A DNA stretch of 59,141 nt from a virus (Duplodnaviria > Caudoviricetes), in the IMG/VR virus record IMGVR_UViG_3300035070_001240, positions 1 to 59,141 of that record; one strand, 5' to 3'. Within the stretch, counting starts at the first letter, position 1. Every line of letters starts with the position of its first letter. The notes below the pieces were generated by a model. That model did not search any database and was not told where the DNA came from. It saw only the letters and a list, made by a program, of their open reading frames with translations. The position numbers and the translations under genes are program-made. This document shows positions 52,901 through 59,141 of this stretch, piece by piece.

Positions 52901-55711
52901 AGCAAACTTACTAAGTGTCTTCTGTTCTTCACCAGTTGTTTTAGTAAAGAAATCTCTTAACCCTTGAAAACCAAAGATATTCTTTTGTTCACGACTTGCT
53001 CGTCTTCCCAATATATAATCATAGAATTTTCTAAATGCTGGAACTTTTTCTGCAATTCTAGTTGGCAGAGTAAGGCTCCATGCATTTGACCATAGGGTTT
53101 TACCGCTTTTTGCTAAATCTAAACCTTCATAATATTCTTTTAATTGTGGTGCTGCTGCTGCTATTTCCTCTTCAGTTACTAGTTCTGGAGAAAAGAATAG
53201 TTTATTAGCTGGGTCTTTAATATCGTTTAAATATGTATCTTCGATATTATTTTGATTTAAGTCTTGAGATACAGGTTGAGCAGGATCAAGAACCTCTGAT
53301 ACAGACTGCATAGTTTTAATTTCATCAACTAGCTGTTCTTCAGAATCAGGGTCTTCTAGTAATTTAATTTTTTCTTTATCAACAAAAGCTTGTAAATCAA
53401 CATCAAGAATTACATCACCAGGAGCTTTAATCTTCTCTGGAAGAATAGAAACATTTGGATCATTAAGAGCAAACTTTGTATTGATGTTATCAATTCGCTG
53501 TTGTCTTTCTGGGCTTTGGCTGTCCATTTCAAAGTAAGGAGTAGGAATTACAACATCGTTTTCTCTACTAGTTCTTTTCCAAATACCAGATTTAAAAATA
53601 TTCTCCATACGTTTTAAACGATCTTGAATATTCTTCGACGCATTCTTTTGTTGCTCAGTTTGTTGAGTATTTGTAGCGTCATTGACAGCTTGTTGTTCTT
53701 CAATAAGTTTCTGTGTTTCTTTTAATTCAGTATACTCATTGGCAATATCTTGTGCAGATGCAAATGGTTTACCAGTACGATCATTCTGTAATCCAACTCG
53801 TTTAAGAACACCATCAAGAGAAGTCTTGATGCGATTAGGAAGAATAAAAGGTCTTTCTCTTTCTAGAATTTGTTTTTCTCTAGCATCTAAACGTTGAGCT
53901 AGATAATCTTGATATAATCCCTCACCAAGACGATATGTAAGTTTTCCAATTAGATTTGGAATTTGATCTTCTGAAATATTATTTTGTTCTGCAAATGTTC
54001 TAGCTTGTCCCTCTGTTGTTATGTAACTTGGAACAAAACCAGCTTGTTTTATATCAGTATATTTTATATCTTCTGGAGCAATCTGTCTTTGACGAGTGGC
54101 TTGCATATGCCATTCTGGAGATGGCTTATCCGTAGCTGCATAACGATACCTTTGTTGTTCTTCTTCTACAGCTTGAATTTCTCTCCGAAGTCTAGGAGCA
54201 GAACGCCCATCAGCAGTTTTTAATTGTCTTGTTAGCTCACCCTTTAATTGGCCTAAATCATAATATGTTTTTCTATCTTTCTCTTTATTTAGAGAAGCTT
54301 GATATTCAATATTAAATTCTTCTTCTGCTTTAGCAGTCCAATCTAAAAGATTTTTAGAACCTTTCTTTGGTTCGACATAACCTTCTTTAACAAGATATTC
54401 CGTTAAAGCTTCCTTGCTTTTCTTGTTTTCAAAACCAAAGATATTATCAAAATTCTTTTTAACAATCCAGTTATCTTTTTTAATTTCACTTGGATTTACC
54501 CAATTAAGAATACGATCAAGATATGGTTTAGCTTTATCACCACCAGCAGATAAATCTCTAAGAACTGTATTAAGTTCATCATCTGCTGAGATACTATCAA
54601 CGAATTTAAGTTGAGCCGTGGCAGAACCCATACCACGAACTTCTTCTGAAACAGGATTTTCTACAGTAGTCTCTCTGGCTTCAGTATCTTCCTGTCCCTT
54701 ATTACGAGACATTAAACCAAGGCCAATTTCAAAAGTACCGCCTGGAATTTCTGCTACACCTTCAAGAAGAATTTCACCTAGTTTAACATCTTGACCAGAT
54801 GCAATTTGTGCAGCAAATTCACCCGTACCTCCAAGAGTAGGCTGAATAACAAGAGCTTCCGTACCAACAGCAGCGGGTACTTTAAGTTTAGAATATGTTT
54901 TTCCTGCTTCTTCCGCTGCCTTCTTTGACCTTTGAACTGCACCTACTAATTTACCAGCAAAACCAACAGAAAGAGCATCAACGGCAGCAATTGGAATACC
55001 ACGTTTAACAGCAAAGGCTTCAAACTCAGCCATTCTGTCTTCATCTTTAAGAAGGTCTGCTACTAACTTATCATCTTTTAAAGGAGATTGTTTTCCTGTT
55101 TGTTCTACAAGATATTCATTCATAGCCTCAAGAGTAGAAGCACCTACTTCTGTTGCTAAACTACCAAGACCAGCTACAGAGGCTAAGGCAACAGGACCAG
55201 CACCACCAATTGCAGCTAAAGCTGTTGCGCCTAAAGCTGGAGCAAACGTAGCAAAGGATTCGCCAACAACAGTTCCAATAGCTTTTAGGCCAGCGGTTGT
55301 TGTAGCTGCATCCCAAAACTCTCCAACGCTTTCAGCAGTACCAAGAGCGGTGATAGCTTCTTCTACTTCTTCACTGTAAGGAACCTGAGCTAAATAGTTT
55401 TGATAATCTTGAATATCTTTTGCAGCATTTTCTGGATTGTCAAAACCAAGGCGAACTTGAGCAACATTAGCCATTTCCCCAAGGCGATAGAAACCTCGTG
55501 CAGCCCAATCAGGAAGGGATGAGAATGGATGATCAGGAGCTTCAGCTACTGTTTTAGCTTGATCTGCCGCCCAAAGACCAGAGGTATAATAAGGAATAAA
55601 TACATTATTAACATATCCTGCTTCTTTATCGCCGCCATCAGCATAAGCTTCTGGAATGTCAATTTGTACTTCTTTTTCTTCTGGGCCAATAAGATAAGTT
55701 TCAATTGGCAT
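49904..55711 (-). CDS. Large internal virion / DNA ejection protein
   Basis: 1935 aa, helical, YIPR..GD and NFSSA.VNLTQ motifs, last gene of the ejection cluster. Confidence 0.7.
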   Translation of the reverse strand: MPIETYLIGPEEKEVQIDIPEAYADGGDKEAGYVNNVFIPYYTSGLWAADQAKTVAEAPDHPFSSLPDWAARGFYRLGEMANVAQVRLGFDNPENAAKDIQDYQNYLAQVPYSEEVEEAITALGTAESVGEFWDAATTTAGLKAIGTVVGESFATFAPALGATALAAIGGAGPVALASVAGLGSLATEVGASTLEAMNEYLVEQTGKQSPLKDDKLVADLLKDEDRMAEFEAFAVKRGIPIAAVDALSVGFAGKLVGAVQRSKKAAEEAGKTYSKLKVPAAVGTEALVIQPTLGGTGEFAAQIASGQDVKLGEILLEGVAEIPGGTFEIGLGLMSRNKGQEDTEARETTVENPVSEEVRGMGSATAQLKFVDSISADDELNTVLRDLSAGGDKAKPYLDRILNWVNPSEIKKDNWIVKKNFDNIFGFENKKSKEALTEYLVKEGYVEPKKGSKNLLDWTAKAEEEFNIEYQASLNKEKDRKTYYDLGQLKGELTRQLKTADGRSAPRLRREIQAVEEEQQRYRYAATDKPSPEWHMQATRQRQIAPEDIKYTDIKQAGFVPSYITTEGQARTFAEQNNISEDQIPNLIGKLTYRLGEGLYQDYLAQRLDAREKQILERERPFILPNRIKTSLDGVLKRVGLQNDRTGKPFASAQDIANEYTELKETQKLIEEQQAVNDATNTQQTEQQKNASKNIQDRLKRMENIFKSGIWKRTSRENDVVIPTPYFEMDSQSPERQQRIDNINTKFALNDPNVSILPEKIKAPGDVILDVDLQAFVDKEKIKLLEDPDSEEQLVDEIKTMQSVSEVLDPAQPVSQDLNQNNIEDTYLNDIKDPANKLFFSPELVTEEEIAAAAPQLKEYYEGLDLAKSGKTLWSNAWSLTLPTRIAEKVPAFRKFYDYILGRRASREQKNIFGFQGLRDFFTKTTGEEQKTLSKFAVILDALGTSKQVKLTVDKETGDAILTIAPEPVATIDPETNEVSTDIDADQYRTILANLNVQPGTIRLPKKLFDKYNEARQGFDRMYETVGRSFIRFFLQKAPLYGNIKEAQGDTMTVLNDKIRQSVRMYLNDLAKLVPLSTLNFEIIPRGNKNPITVNIMDLESYTKDLNSNQLATQILTKFKDDNKDTFKKGSRENLLIDNVISQLNIIKFINDYETTKTRNPYYIPRQRQGDFFFTVRDNKLKKIIHYETSTPRILDSDFTPRFIRDQRKRLNERLKQLKESGIYADSKRYTISEIDNRVEAKDDILKKLDVKDIGILQRLADAFGYNKNSDEVKKFIGQLETVITTDGFNKFLETREAKNVVNGYYTPATADNYLAYSLSNYIRTGSDTASNLEYYRPMRTALNNLAEKVGKNNKLVTTAEKLVENINDPADAGSVLKGLTFHYTIGMNFSSAIVNLTQLFVATLPVLKVVVGKGSTRELLKAMNDARLLFKLSKDRLDTYGFNFESPTVPQQVKGKINQDEWNMLRDLHSRGIIQAVTSIDSGANLTRTLGELNNSLPPNAAQAGAKILEASSFMFGAIEQINRITTALTAYRLAKKSPSNLKKLDDYSKYTVYSTRKTTPTQAAEMMVMKTQFLISKENRPELFHKGFLNVATQFMPYVINYVGLYAQALSIAKVDKKLGSALLGSMVLSMLFFAGAMGLPWMENMKQLLQMLSKEVSDYEFDLETGMRQTLANFGITGVANDILMSGVFGQLTGIDLRRRVGVGEVIPFDLMAGDLSVAYGPTGSVVIDSARKAREALKQKEFNAVEFATAFLPIGVRNAYDAAATQFLDKPVRTTQGRVLMPSKEIGTLENLAKAFGFTPKSVAEARQQRQYYKFLQGETKGIQDYYYSQLAKHINLANLEYTKGDMSNYKKQTDIVRDIYKEIADLNREAATEKRPDLIINIQSEALRNRIATELLGQTDRGVAMRSIRKNARPMAEEATLRRLGLLTRD

Positions 55712-55718
55712 TTATAAA

Positions 55719-57692
55719 TTATTCCTCTGGTTTTTTCTTAAATTCAAATGTAGGAAGTGTACCAAAATTTTTCTGATAAGCATTTACTAATGCTTGGTAA
55801 TAAATCAATTGTTGATCATATATTGCTTGAGCTTTTGAAGTATCTGTTCCAGGAACAGCTTTTGATATTTGTTCAGATGCTGTTTCAAGAATTGGTTTTA
55901 ATGCTTTCATTTGTTCAAGAAGAGTATCTCTATCTAAAGTCATTGCATCTCTGTTAGCTTTAGCCCTAGCAGCGCGTGTTTGACCTTCATAGTATTTATT
56001 AAGTCCTGCAACTTGTTGACGTTTTAGTTCAAGTTTTTCAGCTTCTGTTTCAGCTTCTCTCATTAGCTTTTTTGCACCAGCAAATTCTTTTAGACCAGCT
56101 AGAGCAGCAGTAGCTGTATCTTGCCCTGGTCTAGTAAATTGTGCGGCAGCTTGAAAATAAGGAAGTGCAGCTTCAAGATTAAAGAATGGTTTTTCTTTTT
56201 TATCGTCTTGATTAGGCTTACCACCTTTTTCTTCATCATAAGGAATATTTAAAGAATCACCCTCACCAGCTTGTTCCATAGCTTGTAACATTTCAGACGA
56301 TAGAGGAAGATCAGCTATATCCTCCATAGGAGTTTTTACACTATAATCTAAAGTTGATACATCAAATTCATCAAGTACAGGTATAATTCCTTCTTCCTCT
56401 GCCTTTATGTATCTTTGCCTTATTCTTTCATCACGTACTTCTCTTGGTTCGCTTATAAACTCAATCAATGGTCTAGTATACCAAGGTTTTGTTGATCCAC
56501 CCTTGTCATATTTCTCTACCATTCCACCATTGGCTAGTCCTACTAAGCCACCCTCGGCACCAAATAAAGGCTTACCAAGACCAGAGGCAATACCAGCAGC
56601 AACTGAACCAGCACCAAGAAGTTGTTGACCAAGGCTAGGTGGTGCTTGATAAGTAGCAGCAGTTTTATAAGTAGATGGTTGCATTTGGAATCCACGATAG
56701 ATACCGCTAAGGTCTTGAATTTGCTGTAATGGATAAGTTTGCTGTCTTGCAAATTCTTCATAAGCAATGTCAAGAGGCTGTTGTTGTAAACCACGTTGAG
56801 CTTCACCAGCAGCTTGTAAAGCACCTAGACCTGATAATCCAAGAGCTTGTTCTGATTGACCTAACTGAGCAAATTGAGTAGCTCCTGCCATTTTAGTAGC
56901 TTGATCTGCACGGAATTGTTGAAGTGCAGATTCATATGCTTTTTGAGAACCTGTAGCTTGAATATCACTTAATCCACGTTGAGTAGCTTCTTCACCAAGC
57001 ATACGCTCTAAAACATCACGACTACCACCAAAAGCTCGTGCCTTTCCAGCAAGAGCAGCGCGTTGTTGTTCACGCCTTGTAGCTTCTTTTGCAAATTCAC
57101 GTTTTTGAATATCTGTAACAGCTTGTTGAAAAGGTGACATATATTTTTCTTGAAGCTGTGTTGCACTAATATCACCAAGTCCAGCTACTCCTTGAGCAGC
57201 TAGTCCTTTAGCAATATCTAATTCTTGTTGAGCAGGGGCTTTGAAAGTACGTTCACCAGTTACAGGATCAACTTCAGTAAGAAAAGACTCAAGACCAGAA
57301 AAAGCTACACGTTGTTCTGGAGTTACTTCAGCGAGACGTTGACCAGTATAGGGTACATAAGGTTCTTCATAAGCTTCTTCTGCACGAGCAAAAAGACGTT
57401 CTACATATGGCTTTGCATATTCTGGAAGATCAGATACTTGTTTAACAACCTGTTCTGAAGCAGGAGGAGGAGGAGGAGGTGAACCGCCACCACCAAAGTA
57501 CTGAACAAGATTAGTACACTTGTTTACAGTACCTGATCCACCCATAGCACGAAGAACAGCGGCTTCATATTTATTAACATGAGCAAGTTCTGTGTCACCA
57601 TTAATACCACAATCAGCAATATCATTATAAAGCTGATTAAATAGTTTAATCTTTTGTTTAATTGTTAGCTTATCAAGAACGATCTTTTTCAT
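55719..57692 (-). CDS. Internal virion / DNA pilot protein
   Basis: GDTELAHVN..EA..L...GGSGT, PYTGQR.A, YMSPFQ..V, AFGGSR; Q/A/G-rich. Confidence 0.7.
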   Translation of the reverse strand: MKKIVLDKLTIKQKIKLFNQLYNDIADCGINGDTELAHVNKYEAAVLRAMGGSGTVNKCTNLVQYFGGGGSPPPPPPASEQVVKQVSDLPEYAKPYVERLFARAEEAYEEPYVPYTGQRLAEVTPEQRVAFSGLESFLTEVDPVTGERTFKAPAQQELDIAKGLAAQGVAGLGDISATQLQEKYMSPFQQAVTDIQKREFAKEATRREQQRAALAGKARAFGGSRDVLERMLGEEATQRGLSDIQATGSQKAYESALQQFRADQATKMAGATQFAQLGQSEQALGLSGLGALQAAGEAQRGLQQQPLDIAYEEFARQQTYPLQQIQDLSGIYRGFQMQPSTYKTAATYQAPPSLGQQLLGAGSVAAGIASGLGKPLFGAEGGLVGLANGGMVEKYDKGGSTKPWYTRPLIEFISEPREVRDERIRQRYIKAEEEGIIPVLDEFDVSTLDYSVKTPMEDIADLPLSSEMLQAMEQAGEGDSLNIPYDEEKGGKPNQDDKKEKPFFNLEAALPYFQAAAQFTRPGQDTATAALAGLKEFAGAKKLMREAETEAEKLELKRQQVAGLNKYYEGQTRAARAKANRDAMTLDRDTLLEQMKALKPILETASEQISKAVPGTDTSKAQAIYDQQLIYYQALVNAYQKNFGTLPTFEFKKKPEE

Positions 57693-57704
57693 TTTTATTA
57701 TTTC

Positions 57705-58145
57705 CTACAATTCTTTTTCGTAGCTATATCCTGTTACTTTCATATTTATTTTAGAAAGAATTTTACTCCAACCTTTTCTTCCGTTAAAAATTACAGATTT
57801 TTTACAGTTATTATCTCTTCCATATTGTGCTAGAGTTTCACAATGTTCAAGATAACAATCCATCCAGGAATTTAAATCCTTACCAGCGCATGATTCAATT
57901 TGTAAAATATTATCATAAATTCTCGTTTGAAGAACCATGACAACATCATTAAAATCTTTTTTATTCCAAGCTATCCAAAGTGTATGGCTTTTATTTATCG
58001 CTAGTTTTTTAAATTCTTCCTCTAAAGAAGAAAACCCTTGTCTTTCAATTAATCTTTCTAATAAAGGTGCAATGTTATTCCAAACTTTTAAAATATGTTC
58101 CGAAGGAATAATAGAAAACTCTGTTTCCATTTTTTCATTAGACAT
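57705..58145 (-). CDS. GNAT-fold-like virion assembly protein
   Basis: VW..I.P.L, LWI, AG..L..W, GRKGW. Confidence 0.5.
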   Translation of the reverse strand: MSNEKMETEFSIIPSEHILKVWNNIAPLLERLIERQGFSSLEEEFKKLAINKSHTLWIAWNKKDFNDVVMVLQTRIYDNILQIESCAGKDLNSWMDCYLEHCETLAQYGRDNNCKKSVIFNGRKGWSKILSKINMKVTGYSYEKEL

Positions 58146-58160
58146 TTAAACTCCATAATT

Positions 58161-59141
58161 TTAAGCCATCATGCCTCGTAGACCTTGAAGAGTTAGACTA
58201 TTTTGAGGCTGTTGTGTCTTACCAGTTTTGTTTAATCTAATATTCTTCATGAAAGTATACAACTTTTCTGCACCTTCTTTATTGCTTCCGTCACCTAATC
58301 TACTAACAGCATCACGATTAACAACAAACTCACCATCTGAAAGAGCGGCTGCACGTTTTCCATCAATCGTTGTTTGACGTAGATCATCCAATCCACCAGT
58401 TGGTCCTTTAACACCACCGCCAAGTGCATAGGAAGCTGAACCACCACCAAAAAGTTTGTTTAGACGGAAAATACCAGCATCTGTATTACCATCACCAGCA
58501 TGGGAAACAACATCAGCGGGTAATACAAAGCTACCACTCTCTAAACCTTCTCCTGGAATTTTACCACCACCAGCGGCAAATACTGGACCTTTGGTAGAAC
58601 CAATACCAACATTAGGAGCGGTATAAGGTGTTCTGCCAAGGCTTTTTAAATAAGCTTCTTTTTGTTCTTCAGTCATTCCACCAGTAGGTGCAGACATATC
58701 ATCACCAAAGGCTACACTTGATCCACCCATCTCAGCGGGAGTTTGTATAGATTGTCCAGCTAGAGAAAGAGGAGTAGCATATGGTAAAGCTCCTTCAGCA
58801 CTTCCTGTAATAATTGATTTTAAGCCACCTTCTTGGCCTAGAACACTTCCTAAACCTTCTACAGATGATTCAACACTTGGAGTAAACGCTACACTTTCGC
58901 CTATTTCTTCTCCTGGAAAGAAGTATTGACTTTCTGCTGTTCCAATACCACTTAGAGAAGCGCCACCATAGCCGCCTAAAGCACTTTTTACAAAATCAAG
59001 AAATCCTCTATCTCTACCAGCTAAACCATATCCTGTAAGTCCACCAAGACCAGCCCCTGCTAACGCTGCTGTCGTTCCACTTAAACCTAAAGCTGGTGGA
59101 AATAAAAATCCTACAGCGGCTGGAGCTAGAGCTTTGACAAT
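58161..59141 (-). CDS. 3' part of the wrap-around internal virion protein
   Basis: Open frame from the window end to the stop at 58161; two related domains SFVLPADVV..GDG and LSDGEFVV..D.V..GDG. Confidence 0.8.
   Translation of the reverse strand: MVKALAPAAVGFLFPPALGLSGTTAALAGAGLGGLTGYGLAGRDRGFLDFVKSALGGYGGASLSGIGTAESQYFFPGEEIGESVAFTPSVESSVEGLGSVLGQEGGLKSIITGSAEGALPYATPLSLAGQSIQTPAEMGGSSVAFGDDMSAPTGGMTEEQKEAYLKSLGRTPYTAPNVGIGSTKGPVFAAGGGKIPGEGLESGSFVLPADVVSHAGDGNTDAGIFRLNKLFGGGSASYALGGGVKGPTGGLDDLRQTTIDGKRAAALSDGEFVVNRDAVSRLGDGSNKEGAEKLYTFMKNIRLNKTGKTQQPQNSLTLQGLRGMMA
59003..59141. repeat. Terminal overlap copy 2
   Basis: Matches 1-139 with 4 mismatches. Confidence 0.95.

Noticed and set aside
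548-59141. Stop-codon reassignment
   Set aside because: Core genes are full length and densely packed under the standard code.

Overview
Essentially complete, circularly permuted ~59.0 kb genome of a lytic podovirus-type tailed dsDNA phage, probably aquatic with a proteobacterial host (host is inference). A 139-bp imperfect end overlap closes the circle inside an internal-virion gene. There are two arms. The rightward early/replication arm (27.4-45.9 kb) holds small host-takeover ORFs, ThyX, T7-like primase-helicase, family A DNA polymerase, SSB, nucleases and a class II RNR. The leftward morphogenesis arm (25.9 kb down to 1, continuing 59.1 down to 46.0 kb) holds terminase, portal, scaffold, capsid, tail, ejection proteins, glycan enzymes and a holin. 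The arms converge on one hairpin at ~45.99 kb and diverge at a repeat-rich control region at 26-27.3 kb. I saw no RNA polymerase, integrase, tRNA or CRISPR array. Most notable: (1) short peptide signals shared between unrelated late proteins (an identical EQAGEGDSLN 10-mer with different synonymous codons in the portal extension and an ejection protein, recurrent aromatic-x-x-GG motifs, and a capsid N-terminus mimic), suggesting an undescribed virion processing/sorting code; (2) a portal with a fused lysozyme; (3) a LAGLIDADG endonuclease between thyX and a second, divergent thyX 3' end; (4) a protein starting with an FtsZ C-terminal peptide mimic; (5) a ROSE-like thermometer before a phage small heat-shock gene; (6) a dispersed glycan-modification kit with a tri-domain enzyme. 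All calls come from reading motifs by eye; no database searches were run.
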